Shown here: piece by piece, positions 1 to 9,091 of the stretch
Layout of the letters: every line of letters starts with the position of its first letter
Numbering within the stretch: the stretch's first letter is position 1
Virus record (IMG/VR): IMGVR_UViG_3300036823_000117
Location: 1-64,000 of that record
DNA length: 64,000 nt
Source: a virus
Direction: 5' to 3' (one strand)
Position numbers and translations under genes: made by a program
The notes under the pieces: model-generated
What the model was told of the DNA's origin: nothing
Database searches by the model: none
Seen by the model: the letters and a program-made list of their open reading frames with translations, nothing else

Positions 1-1338
1 CAGGGCGTGCGTCACCATCGGCACGAGGTTCCCGCTGGTCGCTTCCGAGTCCGCGCCTTTTCCTTCCCGCGCGGTGATCGGCTGGGCGACCAGCCGATCA
101 CCGCGCGGGAAGGCCGGTCCGGCCACGAGGGTGACGTCGTCTTCCTGGCGCCGCCCGGGTGCGTTCACGCCAGCGCCTGCCGCACGGCCGGAGGTCAGCG
201 TCGCGGCGACCACCGGGGCCAGGATGAGGCCGTTGGTCGCGTCCGAGTCCGGGCCCTTGCCGTGGTGCGCGGTGATGGTCCGGCTGACCGCGATGGCCTT
301 TGGTGAACCGTCGGTGTCGAGCGTGAATGACGGGTCGCCATCCAGGCCGACACCGGATCCGTTGCCGCCCCAGTTGCCGACCTGCAGCGGGATGAGGTGG
401 CCGCCCGCAGCGCCCTCGGCGTCGACCCGGTGGCCGCGCCGTCCTCCGCCTTGCAGCGTCGAGGCGGTGATCAGGCTGTCCTCAGCGCTGATCTGATCGG
501 CGTACGGCCGGGTGGTCAGGGGCGCTGCTGTGCCAACTCCTCCAGCGCTTCCTGCAGCGGGCCCGGCAGAACTCTCCCCCGCCGGGCCGCCCGCCGGAGA
601 ATCCCCTTCGCCGCCTTCGGGCTCAAGCAGTACCTCTGCAGGTGCGGCCCAGTCTCCAAGACATCCGACAATGAACACACGCTCGCGTCGCTGGGCGACG
701 CCGAAGAACTGAGAGTCCAGAACTCGGTAGGCGAGCCCATACCCGAGCTCGCCCAGCGCCCCGAGGACGGTACCCATTGCGCCCCCGTGGGCTGCCATGC
801 AACCCGTTGCACAGGCACCGCCGGAGACCCCGTGGGGGACATTGGGGAACCATCGGGTGACATCAGGATTACGGGAGACGAGTCGCCATTCTCCGCAAGC
901 TCCGGGAACAGTTCGTCCGTTGTCGGTGCAGGTGTCGTCGCCGGGACAGTGGCAGACCGCCGACAGGAGACCGGGGACGTTCTCAAGAATGAGCCAGCGC
1001 GGGCGCAGAGCACGGGCCAGCCGCACGATCTCCCAGAACAGCCCCGAGCGTGCGCCACCCAGGCCGCGACGGAGGCCCGCCACGGAGAGATCCTGGCAAG
1101 GGAAACCTCCGCAGAGGATCCCTCGGTATGGAACAAATCCGGCTGCGAGAATTTCACGGGCGGGTACCTTCGTTACGTCGCCAAGCAGGACAGAGCCAGG
1201 GAAATGCCGGGCGATGACGCCGCGGGCATCAGGGTCGATCTCAACGGACGCCTTCACGGGCACGTCGTTGCGTTCCATCGCCAGGCCGAAGCCCTCAACC
1301 CCGGCGAACAGGCTGACGGCCGTCATGTCCACGGTCAT
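1..1338 (-). CDS. DNA (cytosine-5)-methyltransferase, runs off the left edge (absent from ORF track)
   Basis: Manual translation from ATG 1338 (ATGA overlap): motif I SLFAGVEG, motif IV GGFPCQDLS, motif VI LENVPGLL, motif VIII QRRERVFIVG. Confidence 0.93.
   Translation of the reverse strand, partial: MTVDMTAVSLFAGVEGFGLAMERNDVPVKASVEIDPDARGVIARHFPGSVLLGDVTKVPAREILAAGFVPYRGILCGGFPCQDLSVAGLRRGLGGARSGLFWEIVRLARALRPRWLILENVPGLLSAVCHCPGDDTCTDNGRTVPGACGEWRLVSRNPDVTRWFPNVPHGVSGGACATGCMAAHGGAMGTVLGALGELGYGLAYRVLDSQFFGVAQRRERVFIVGCLGDWAAPAEVLLEPEGGEGDSPAGGPAGESSAGPAAGSAGGVGTAAPLTTRPYADQISAEDSLITASTLQGGGRRGHRVDAEGAAGGHLIPLQVGNWGGNGSGVGLDGDPSFTLDTDGSPKAIAVSRTITAHHGKGPDSDATNGLILAPVVAATLTSGRAAGAGVNAPGRRQEDDVTLVAGPAFPRGDRLVAQPITAREGKGADSEATSGNLVPMVTHAL
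516..1157 (-). CDS. Alternative-frame ORF nested in the methyltransferase; candidate beta-type subunit
   Basis: 213-codon frame inside the MTase ending SLSDVLE...RYCLSPKAAKGILRRA (motif IX-like); layout recalls M.EcoHK31I alpha/beta. Confidence 0.6.
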   Translation of the reverse strand: MKFSQPDLFHTEGSSAEVSLARISPWRASVAAWVAHARGCSGRSCGWPVLCARAGSFLRTSPVSCRRSATVPATTPAPTTDELFPELAENGDSSPVILMSPDGSPMSPTGSPAVPVQRVAWQPTGAQWVPSSGRWASSGMGSPTEFWTLSSSASPSDASVCSLSDVLETGPHLQRYCLSPKAAKGILRRAARRGRVLPGPLQEALEELAQQRP

Positions 1339-1568
1339 GACGGCTCACCCGGCCCGTCTCCGGTGACCAGGTCGATGGCCTGGTCCTGGGCGCGGAGCAG
1401 AGCGGACTCGTCAGCCTCGCGCTGGCACAGGGTCCGCGTGTCTGCCGCGGGCAGGACGGGCACCGGGCGGGTGGACCTGCGAATCTGGTCCATGGCCATC
1501 TGGTGCCGGGCGTGTGACGCGGCGATGGCCGGGTGGGAGGGCAGCAGCTGCGGCGGGAGCGGCATCAT
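1335..1568 (-). CDS. hypothetical protein
   Basis: ATGA-coupled to both neighbours. Confidence 0.6.
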   Translation of the reverse strand: MMPLPPQLLPSHPAIAASHARHQMAMDQIRRSTRPVPVLPAADTRTLCQREADESALLRAQDQAIDLVTGDGPGEPS

Positions 1569-2020
1569 GCGGCTTCCTTCAGGGGTGCTTCGGCGGAGTA
1601 GGTCCCGGTGTTGGTGAGCCAGGTGGGCAGGTCGCCGTCGGTGGACGGCATGAGGATCGGGACGAGCAGCGGGTTCTGGCCGGTGATGAGGACAAACCCG
1701 CGGTCTTTCATCGACTCCATGACCGGGCCGGTCCCGATGGTGCATTTCCCGTGGCACCCGGTGACGGGCGTGCCGCAGGCGAGGACGCCGTTGGACAGCA
1801 CGTTCGCGAGCCGCGACCCGCCGGACTGCCGGTTATGGCGGTGGTGGACCTGCCCGCCGTACAGGCCCAGCCAGATCCCGCAGATCTCGCACAGCGCCTG
1901 GAAGGGGTCGCCGAGGCCCGCGCGGGTCCGGATGTCCAGCCGCTGGCCGGCCGCGAACCCGGTGTTGTGCCGCGGGCTGCGGAGCCGGCCGCCGCGGTTC
2001 ATCGGCGCCTTCCGCTTCAC
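1565..2020 (-). CDS. HNH-type nuclease
   Basis: CEIC...HHRHNR..GGS..N..SNG..ACG....CHG pattern; GTGA overlap. Confidence 0.7.
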   Translation of the reverse strand: MKRKAPMNRGGRLRSPRHNTGFAAGQRLDIRTRAGLGDPFQALCEICGIWLGLYGGQVHHRHNRQSGGSRLANVLSNGVLACGTPVTGCHGKCTIGTGPVMESMKDRGFVLITGQNPLLVPILMPSTDGDLPTWLTNTGTYSAEAPLKEAA

Positions 2021-2421
2021 CGCGGGCCTCCCCACTGGCCGGCTCCCCGGTACTGCTCCCGGACTGACCCGGCGATGGACTGCTGGAAACCGCCCTGCTT
2101 CCCGACGGTTTTCAGGTGGTCAGCCGCGGCTTGCCGGGCGGCGCGGGCTAGCATCCACGCCAGCTCCTCGTCCGCGCATTTGTCCTCGACCCACGCGTCG
2201 CGTTCGGCGCATGTCCACCCGTTGCGGCGGACCTTGGGGCACTCGTCGGACAGCAGCCACCTCCGCTTCGCTGCCCTGAGCGCCACCTCGGCGTCGACTT
2301 CCGCGTCACGCGCGGCTTTCAGCGCGTCCTGCGCTTCGTCGAGGGCGTCGGAGAAGGCCTGCAGCGCGGCTTCCGCGCCGGGCGGGGTCTGAGGGCTGTA
2401 GCCCTGGTGCGGGCTGTTCAT
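2017..2421 (-). CDS. hypothetical helical protein in recombination module
   Basis: Coupled ORF, Ala/Glu-rich helices. Confidence 0.7.
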   Translation of the reverse strand: MNSPHQGYSPQTPPGAEAALQAFSDALDEAQDALKAARDAEVDAEVALRAAKRRWLLSDECPKVRRNGWTCAERDAWVEDKCADEELAWMLARAARQAAADHLKTVGKQGGFQQSIAGSVREQYRGAGQWGGPR

Positions 2422-3557
2422 CGCGCGGCGTCTACCTGGGCCTCGGCGACCTGCTGCCAGATGTTGGTGGCAGCCGCCCCGGTGTCACCGTGGACGAGTT
2501 GCAGCATGTCGTCGAGGTACGCGCAGGCCGCGTCGACCTCGTCGCGGGACAGGTCAGCCAGCTTCGCGACGCTGCGGCCGGCACGCCACGTCAGGAACAC
2601 GCCCAGGTCATCGGGGGTGCCGGGGATGAGCTGGGCGATCATCTGGCCGAGCCGAGCCGCGCCCGTCCCGCCGCGCTTCGGCTTCTCGGGCTCCGCGGTC
2701 GGCGTGCTGGCCGCCCCCGCAGCGGGTGCTTCGGCCGGCTTGGCGGCCGCGGGCTGGGCTGGCTGGCGGATGATGTCTTCGGCGCTCAGCCGGGCCGGCG
2801 GGAACTCGTCGTCCTTGTTGGTCTCGCCGCGGAGTAGGGCCTGGCGGATGATGCGCAGCTGGGCGACGTCGTGGTCCCCCCACTTCGCCGTTGGCATCCC
2901 GATTTTCGTCTCGAGCTGCGGGACGGTGATGCCCATGTTGCCGAAAACCTCGATCGCGTTGGCGATCCGCGTGGCCAGGGGCAGGCCGTCGCCCTGGGCG
3001 ATGGTCTTGCTGCAGAGATCCTTGGCTTCCTCGACGAACCACGTGGGGAGCGAAGCGAGGATCGCTTCCCGAACCCGCCGAGCGCCGACATTTGTGTTGT
3101 TTTCGTACACTTCCCGCAGGCTGGTCAGTTCCTTGCCGCCCGTGTACCCGCGGTGCGGGTTGATGACGATCGACTGGTTACGGGCGTTGGTCTGCAGGTC
3201 GTAGGCGTAGGCCAGCATCTCCGACTGGATCTCGTTGCGGCTCAGCTCGGTCAGGCCGTAGGAGAAGTTGCCCCAGATCCGGGCCAGCTCGCGGGCCAGG
3301 TGGATCGACGGCCCAGTTACCATCTGGCCGCCCTGCGGGTACCGGAAGAACGCCCGGTCGGCCAGCTCCTTCCGGCGGCACGACTCCCGCATCTCCTCGA
3401 TCGCCCGGGAGACGTTTCGCGGGCACTGCTGGGCGACAATCACCGCGGCCTGGGCCTCGGCCACGGCCCGCGACTGCTCGATCAGCGTGCCCTGGCTCGC
3501 GGCTCCTGGTGCCATCGCGATGCGCGGTGACAGATGCTCCAGCTGCTGGCTGCTCAT
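2418..3557 (-). CDS. putative single-strand annealing (recombination) protein
   Basis: Directly downstream of the RecE-like exonuclease; FRYPQGG..VTGPSIHLARELARIWGN motif; function inferred from position. Confidence 0.55.
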   Translation of the reverse strand: MSSQQLEHLSPRIAMAPGAASQGTLIEQSRAVAEAQAAVIVAQQCPRNVSRAIEEMRESCRRKELADRAFFRYPQGGQMVTGPSIHLARELARIWGNFSYGLTELSRNEIQSEMLAYAYDLQTNARNQSIVINPHRGYTGGKELTSLREVYENNTNVGARRVREAILASLPTWFVEEAKDLCSKTIAQGDGLPLATRIANAIEVFGNMGITVPQLETKIGMPTAKWGDHDVAQLRIIRQALLRGETNKDDEFPPARLSAEDIIRQPAQPAAAKPAEAPAAGAASTPTAEPEKPKRGGTGAARLGQMIAQLIPGTPDDLGVFLTWRAGRSVAKLADLSRDEVDAACAYLDDMLQLVHGDTGAAATNIWQQVAEAQVDAAR

Positions 3558-4429
3558 AGGTAGTCCCCCCTTGCCTGCGCCCACGGCGGCAGGCTGATCA
3601 GTTCGATGTCATCGGAGTAAGCCGGCCACGCCCCCGCAGCCGTGCAGTCGCGGTAGATCTCCAGCGCCTCGTCGTTCCGGCGCCGCCCCGAGAGCCGCGT
3701 TTCCTCATCCAGTTGGCAGACCGTGATCAGGTACGGCGCCGTCGTCTCCTGGAACACGAACAGGAAAGGGCACCGCACCCCCGTGATGGCCTCGATCCCG
3801 TCGCTGTACCAGTCGTCCTGCATCTCGTAGCGGAAGTTCCGGACAGCCTTGGTGATCGCATTCAGATCAGCCGCAGTCGCAGATTTGTAGTCCCCGAGAA
3901 CCGGCCGTCCTCGGTCGAGCGGCGGCATCCAGTCCATGCGCCCCCGTCGCCAGATCCCCCACCGTTCGTCGAACCAGAAGAAGCTCTGCTCCGCGTGGCC
4001 GCCGCGCTCCGGATCGAACAGGGCGCTGGCGATCGGGTGCTCCCGCAGCGCCTTGGCCATTCCCTGGACGCGGCGGTAGTCCTTCGTAAGCAGCGGCACG
4101 CCGCCCTCCGCGCGGACCTCCGCGCCGCGCTCCTTGGTCGCCCTCTTCATCCAGTCGGCCGCGTCGATCTCGACGATTTTCGGACCCGTTCCGAGCACAA
4201 CGGTGTGCGCCGCGGTCCCGAGCTCCATCGCCTTCTTCGGGGGCGGCGGGTGCTCCCGCTCCCACGCGAACAGCGCCGGGCACGACGGGGCCAGCAGCTT
4301 CTTTGCCCCCGAGACAGACAGGCTGCCGCCGGGCACAAGGTCACCGTGGTAGACGTCCTCGGGGATGCCGTCGTAGATCCCCGGCTCGGTGATCTGCAGC
4401 ACCGGGGCCTCTTCCGCGAGCGCCGTCAT
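3554..4429 (-). CDS. RecE/exonuclease VIII-like PD-(D/E)XK nuclease (DUF3799 type)
   Basis: YH.D...SLSVSGAKKLL, GTAAH, RGRMDW, DYKS, YEMQDDWY. Confidence 0.88.
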   Translation of the reverse strand: MTALAEEAPVLQITEPGIYDGIPEDVYHGDLVPGGSLSVSGAKKLLAPSCPALFAWEREHPPPPKKAMELGTAAHTVVLGTGPKIVEIDAADWMKRATKERGAEVRAEGGVPLLTKDYRRVQGMAKALREHPIASALFDPERGGHAEQSFFWFDERWGIWRRGRMDWMPPLDRGRPVLGDYKSATAADLNAITKAVRNFRYEMQDDWYSDGIEAITGVRCPFLFVFQETTAPYLITVCQLDEETRLSGRRRNDEALEIYRDCTAAGAWPAYSDDIELISLPPWAQARGDYL

Positions 4430-4779
4430 GCGGCACCCCGGCGGGCCTCGATCAGCGCGGCCAGGGCCAGGTCGATGCTGAGGTAGTCGCCGTCGGCGAG
4501 GCAGTGGCCGCCGCCGTCACTGTCGAACCCGAGGCGGTCAGCGACCCGGGCCTTGGCGGCGTACACCATGGCGAAGACTTCCTCGGCCCGCAGCTGGTTC
4601 GCGCGGTGGACGGCTGCCCAGTCCCACGGAACCCACGGGAGGCCGTTCCGCGCGGCCGGCGTGACCCGGATTTCGCCGGCCGGCGTGGCCCAGGCCCACC
4701 AGTCGGTCCGGGGGTCGGCGTGGCCGAGTGCCCACGCGCGGGCCCGCTCCGGCGGCAGGCTCAGCGGCCCGGCGGCCAT
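4426..4779 (-). CDS. hypothetical protein
   Basis: Coupled ORF. Confidence 0.6.
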   Translation of the reverse strand: MAAGPLSLPPERARAWALGHADPRTDWWAWATPAGEIRVTPAARNGLPWVPWDWAAVHRANQLRAEEVFAMVYAAKARVADRLGFDSDGGGHCLADGDYLSIDLALAALIEARRGAA

Positions 4780-4991
4780 CAGGTGCCCAGCCCTGCAGCG
4801 GCCAGCCGGGTGTCGCGGCCCTCGAACGCGACGATGACGCCGGCGAGGCCGCCCATGAGGTTTCGGACATCCTGCGGGTTCCCGAACGACAGGGAAGACC
4901 CGTTAGTGAACGTCAGCGCGAAACCACCGGGGATCTCGATGACGCCCCTGACCTCCACTTTGCTGGCGACCGGGACCATGCAGATACTCAC
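4779..4991 (-). CDS. hypothetical protein
   Basis: GTGA overlap start. Confidence 0.55.
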   Translation of the reverse strand: MSICMVPVASKVEVRGVIEIPGGFALTFTNGSSLSFGNPQDVRNLMGGLAGVIVAFEGRDTRLAAAGLGT

Positions 4992-5236
4992 GCGGCCACG
5001 CCCTGCGGGGGCGGGCAGGCCAGCAGGAAAACCGTGGTCTCCGGGTTGCCGTACACCGTGCAGCCCGTCACGTTCCCCATCCCGGCCCAGTCGATGACCA
5101 CGGTCGGAGGCAGCGACCAGGACACGGCTACCGCGCGGACCTCTGTCACCTCGACGACGACGCCCCCGTCGAGGATCCGGTCGAAAGGCAGCAGGTACCT
5201 GGCCTGGATGGGGTGGCCGTCCATCACCGGGATCAT
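4988..5236 (-). CDS. hypothetical protein
   Basis: ATGA overlap. Confidence 0.55.
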   Translation of the reverse strand: MIPVMDGHPIQARYLLPFDRILDGGVVVEVTEVRAVAVSWSLPPTVVIDWAGMGNVTGCTVYGNPETTVFLLACPPPQGVAA

Positions 5237-5445
5237 GTGTCACGACCAGTCGCCTGGAGCCCGGCGAGGAACGCCTCGACCTCCGCGGCCCGGTAACGGC
5301 GATGGTTGCCGGGAGTGCGGCCCGAAGTGAGCTTCCCCTCGTTAGCCCACCGGGTCACCGTCTGCGGCCGGACCCGGAACATCTTCGCCACCTCAGCCGG
5401 GGTAAGGAGCCGGTCCTCCTCCGGGACGGCGATGCCGTTCGTCAT
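5233..5445 (-). CDS. BldC-family MerR-like DNA-binding protein
   Basis: LLTPAEVAKMFRVRPQTVTRWANEGKLTSGRTPGNHRRYRAAEV closely matches Streptomyces BldC as recalled. Confidence 0.85.
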   Translation of the reverse strand: MTNGIAVPEEDRLLTPAEVAKMFRVRPQTVTRWANEGKLTSGRTPGNHRRYRAAEVEAFLAGLQATGRDT

Positions 5446-5477
5446 GGTGCTGGTCCCCCTTCGTAGATCTGGTGCCG

Positions 5478-5639
5478 TCAGGCTGCGTCTTGCTGCCGCG
5501 GTTCCCGCAGGCCTGGCATCCGCTGCCGGATCGCCTGGACGGCGGCCTGGTCGAGCGGCGGGAACTCTCGGTCCGCGTCGTGCTCGATGGCCAACGCGGT
5601 GATCTCCCGCCGTTCCCGCTCGGCTTCGTCGGCGGTCAT
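5478..5639 (-). CDS. small hypothetical protein
   Basis: ATG just after the preceding stop. Confidence 0.45.
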   Translation of the reverse strand: MTADEAERERREITALAIEHDADREFPPLDQAAVQAIRQRMPGLREPRQQDAA

Positions 5640-5640
5640 G

Positions 5641-6501
5641 TCACACGGCGTCCGCGAGTGCGGCTTGAGGGGTTTCGCGGGTCCGGCGGGTGCCGTTGCC
5701 GGCCCGCCACCAGTCCGGGAGCTTCCGGCCGCCGCGGCCAGCGTTGATCGTCTCCGTGGCGGCCGCGGCGACACAGGTCTTGAGGGGCTTGCCGAACTGC
5801 CGCTTCAGGCCGCGGGCCTTCTCCAGGAGCCCGTACGAGCCGCCGGGGGCGACCTGCAGGCCGGCGATGGCGCGGGCGTCGTCGAGGACGGTGCCGTAGC
5901 GCTGCATCATCAGGCCGACGCCGCCGATGACGTGGTGGTCGAGGCCGGCGTAGCCGTAGGAGTCCTTGACGATGACCAGGGTGCGGGCGAGGCATTCCTC
6001 GCCGGCCTTCCTGTAGATCTCCTCAAGGGTCCTGACGGCGGAGATCGCCCCGTCGGACTTGCTGTCCAGCCCGATGCGCATCCCGCAGCTGACGACGATG
6101 TCGTTGATCGCGCATTCCTGGACGCGCCCGGCGGTGACGGCGATCTTGAACTTCTGGTACGCGCCGACTCCGAGGCGGTCGTTGAGCTGGAGGAACAGGT
6201 CGCCTTCCTCAGGCTCCGTCAGGCCCTCGTATGCCTCGCATTCCAGCTGCATGTGGCCCATGCCGCGGATTTCCAGCGCCCGGACCCGGTGCTGGCCGTC
6301 CACGACCATCCACTTCTTGGCGCGGAGGTTCACGGTCGGGTGGCCGAGCTTGTCGGGATCCAGGTTCGCGGCGATCTTGTTGGCGTGCGCGGGGTTGTAG
6401 TCCCGCTGCGCGACCGGTGACACGGCCATGTCGGCGATGGGGATCCACCGCATAGCGGCCCTGCGGGTGATGCGCACGGCGGTATCCTCGAGTGTGGTCA
6501 C
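5641..6501 (-). CDS. DGQHR/ParB-like N-terminal domain protein (DUF6551-like)
   Basis: QRDYN...VVDGQHRVRAL...EEGDLFLQLN. Confidence 0.8.
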   Translation of the reverse strand: MTTLEDTAVRITRRAAMRWIPIADMAVSPVAQRDYNPAHANKIAANLDPDKLGHPTVNLRAKKWMVVDGQHRVRALEIRGMGHMQLECEAYEGLTEPEEGDLFLQLNDRLGVGAYQKFKIAVTAGRVQECAINDIVVSCGMRIGLDSKSDGAISAVRTLEEIYRKAGEECLARTLVIVKDSYGYAGLDHHVIGGVGLMMQRYGTVLDDARAIAGLQVAPGGSYGLLEKARGLKRQFGKPLKTCVAAAATETINAGRGGRKLPDWWRAGNGTRRTRETPQAALADAV

Positions 6502-7439
6502 TGGGTGATCTCCTTCATCTTCTGCAGGTCTCTTTTCAACCGGTTGATGGCCCGGGTTGTGCGGGTGAGGGAGGTCACCCAGCCATGGATCAGGGCCGGG
6601 TCAAGGTCTGCGGGGTCGACGAACTCCACTCCCATGGCCAGGCCCTCCAGCGCCGCGACCGTGCCTTGCACGATCTGGTCCGAGTCGCGGCCGTGGTTCT
6701 TGCGGGTCACCTCATCGGCGGGGATCACGATCGCCTCTCGCCTGATGAGGTCCCTGACATATGGCTCCGACCGGCCGATGGCGTCGGCGATCTGCCGGGA
6801 CGTGTGACCGCCGGCGGCCATTCCCCTAATGACGCCAAGGCGCTGGCCGATGGCGGCGAAGCTGCGGTCGCCGGGGTCGGGGGCGTCGGGGTAGTCCGGG
6901 ACTGCCGGCCGCCGGCCGCCGTCCGGGATGACCACGTGGTCGAAGCCGAGGCGGCGGGCCACGCTGACCCGGGACAGGACGCCTTGCGCGCGGCCTGCGG
7001 CGAGCGCCGCCTCGAACGCCTCGTCGGTGATGCCGTCAGCGAGGTTGTAGATCCCCGCTGACCGGCCGTTGCCACCGGGATACAGGTCGTTCCTGGAGAC
7101 GTAGTCCGTCGCGCAGGGAATCCCGAGAGCGTCGAGGCTGTGGCCGCCGCGGGTCTGGATCGTGCCGGCTGCCTGGCCGGCGCGCAGCGCGACCCCGAGG
7201 GTCCTGTCGCCGCGGCGCTGAAGCTCGGCGGCGGCAAGCCGGGCCTCGGGTCCGAGGTGCGCGTCGCGGACGGCGACGCGGATGTCTTCCGCGGCCGCCC
7301 GGCAGCCGCAGATCGCGGGGATGTCGCCGCGCATGGCGGCCTCGCCCAGGCGGAGGCGGACCTGGTCGCAGGCTTCCCGGACGTCGGCGACGCTGGCGAA
7401 CTCGCACGGCGGCACGTCCCGGGCCAGCAACGCCGTCAC
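6498..7439 (-). CDS. hypothetical protein with HTH
   Basis: GHTSRQIADAIGRSEPYVRDLI; GTGA-coupled. Confidence 0.7.
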   Translation of the reverse strand: MTALLARDVPPCEFASVADVREACDQVRLRLGEAAMRGDIPAICGCRAAAEDIRVAVRDAHLGPEARLAAAELQRRGDRTLGVALRAGQAAGTIQTRGGHSLDALGIPCATDYVSRNDLYPGGNGRSAGIYNLADGITDEAFEAALAAGRAQGVLSRVSVARRLGFDHVVIPDGGRRPAVPDYPDAPDPGDRSFAAIGQRLGVIRGMAAGGHTSRQIADAIGRSEPYVRDLIRREAIVIPADEVTRKNHGRDSDQIVQGTVAALEGLAMGVEFVDPADLDPALIHGWVTSLTRTTRAINRLKRDLQKMKEITQ

Positions 7440-7729
7440 GCCGCGACCTTCTTCTTCGCGGGCCGGGCGATTCGCCGGGCCGGGCTGACTACCTCGAAGA
7501 AGTCGTCGAAGCCGAGCCCGGGGAACGCGTCGATGATGCAGGCGATGACCTGCTCGCCGGGTGCGTGCTGGCCGTTGAGGAGCCTGCTGAGGGTCCACCT
7601 GCTGAGGCGGGTGTGCTCGGCCTGGAGGGTGGCGGTGGTCAGACCGCGCTGCCGGCAATGGCGCTCGAACTGCGCGCCGCGGAACCGGATTTTCGGCAGC
7701 GGCAGCGGGGGCTCGTCGTTGCGGTGCAT
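7436..7729 (-). CDS. Cro-like XRE HTH protein
   Basis: LSRWTLSRLLNGQHAPG; first gene of the leftward operon, divergent from repressor. Confidence 0.75.
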   Translation of the reverse strand: MHRNDEPPLPLPKIRFRGAQFERHCRQRGLTTATLQAEHTRLSRWTLSRLLNGQHAPGEQVIACIIDAFPGLGFDDFFEVVSPARRIARPAKKKVAA

Positions 7730-7920
7730 GCGCAGCAAGCTACCACGGCTGGCGTCGCGGCGCATGCACCGCAACGCTTTTGGCTGGTCAACCGGCCGGG
7801 TTTTTTCGGCACCCCGAACGGCCTGGCGTGCAAGCATGCACCGTCGGGTCTCAGAGTGAGACGTGAGGCGCCTGTTGCCACCGGGGTTTTGTGCGCGGTG
7901 CTATGGTGCGTGCATGCACA
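7720..7920. promoter_or_regulatory. Lysis/lysogeny switch with GCATGCAC-type operators and leaderless promoters
   Basis: GTGCAAGCATGCAC (~7828), GTGCGTGCATGCAC (~7906), partial copies ~7724 and ~7761; extended -10 elements 6-7 nt before each ATG. Confidence 0.65.
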
Positions 7921-8351
7921 CGTGGGACAAGGAACTACTCCGGCGCCTGCTGATCCTCATCGTGGACGAGACAGGCATATCCCAGCGGAAGCTCGCTGAC
8001 CTGGCCGGAGTCCACCATGCGCAGGTATCCCGGTGGAAATCAGGGATGCACCGGCCGGACTACGAGAGCATGGCCCGCCTCGGCGCGGCTCTCCGCAGCG
8101 GCTACCCGCAGCTGCCTGACATGACCCAGGCCCTGCTCGCGGCCACCGGTCGCGGCGCCCCGGACGCCCCGGCCGGCGATGCCATCCCTGACGACGCCCC
8201 GCTCTGCACCTTTGAGCAGTCGATCCTTACGGAGACCGAGATCAGTGACGCCACGAAAGCACAACTGATCAACGTCCACCGCAAGGGCAAGCACGTGAAC
8301 TGCCGGCTCACCACCGAGGCGAGCTCAGCGGCCACGGCCGCCTGCTTATAG
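7914..8351 (+). CDS. immunity repressor (XRE HTH)
   Basis: GISQRKLADLAGVHHAQVSRWKSG..RPD. Confidence 0.82.
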   Translation: MHTWDKELLRRLLILIVDETGISQRKLADLAGVHHAQVSRWKSGMHRPDYESMARLGAALRSGYPQLPDMTQALLAATGRGAPDAPAGDAIPDDAPLCTFEQSILTETEISDATKAQLINVHRKGKHVNCRLTTEASSAATAACL

Positions 8352-8675
8352 GTCAGCGACCGACCGCAGCCGTGGCTCGCCCTCGCCGCCGGATCCCGGC
8401 CGGCCGGCCATGATCGCCCGGGTGAGCGCCATCTCGGTGGCGTGATACTCGTCGTCGCTGACGATGCGCTCGCCCGGCTTCAGCCGCGGCCCGCTGAAGT
8501 GCCGGAATGCCGTCCAGATGATCGCGCCTAGTGCGGCGGTGATTGCCCCGCCGTTCAGCAGCGCGTGGATCTGAGGGGTGAGGCGCAGGATCATTCCGGC
8601 GAACAGGTTGAGCGCCCACAGCAGGGCGGCCGCCGCCCAGGGCAGCCAGACTGCTGCCACGTCCCGCATTGTCAT
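8346..8675 (-). CDS. two-TM membrane protein
   Basis: Two hydrophobic segments. Confidence 0.65.
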   Translation of the reverse strand: MTMRDVAAVWLPWAAAALLWALNLFAGMILRLTPQIHALLNGGAITAALGAIIWTAFRHFSGPRLKPGERIVSDDEYHATEMALTRAIMAGRPGSGGEGEPRLRSVADL

Positions 8676-8720
8676 TCTTTGTTGTCCCCTCGCGCAGATC
8701 TGGTACCTGTGTGGCATCTG

Positions 8721-8900
8721 GTGCGCAAGTGGCCCCCGGTCAAGGTCTGCTTACCTTAGGCTGACCAGCGATCACTGCGCACAGTAATCAGATAATTGCA
8801 AGGAGTGACACGCTGTGATCGCACATAAGGCGCGGCGGGGCGGCAGCGCTCATGGTTCCTTGACCGGGAAGCCACCTGCGTGCCGCGTGCCCGCCGCGCC
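8721..8900 (-). ncRNA. candidate structured RNA leader
   Basis: Nested inverted repeats 8725-8745/8858-8880 and ~8769-8780/8810-8822. Confidence 0.4.
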
Positions 8901-9091
8901 GTTCGTGCCCGCGCCCTGGGTCTCGAGGCCGGGAGCTCCACTCTCAGTGTTACGCGATTCCGGTTGAATCCGCTACCAAAGCGAAGCGTTTTGATTGTCA
9001 ACCTTCAGAAATCTGCGAAGTATTTCCGATACTTGCCGTTCGCATGTGCGTGACGCAATCCCCTAACTCAGGGGCGCCGCAATCCGCGCGC

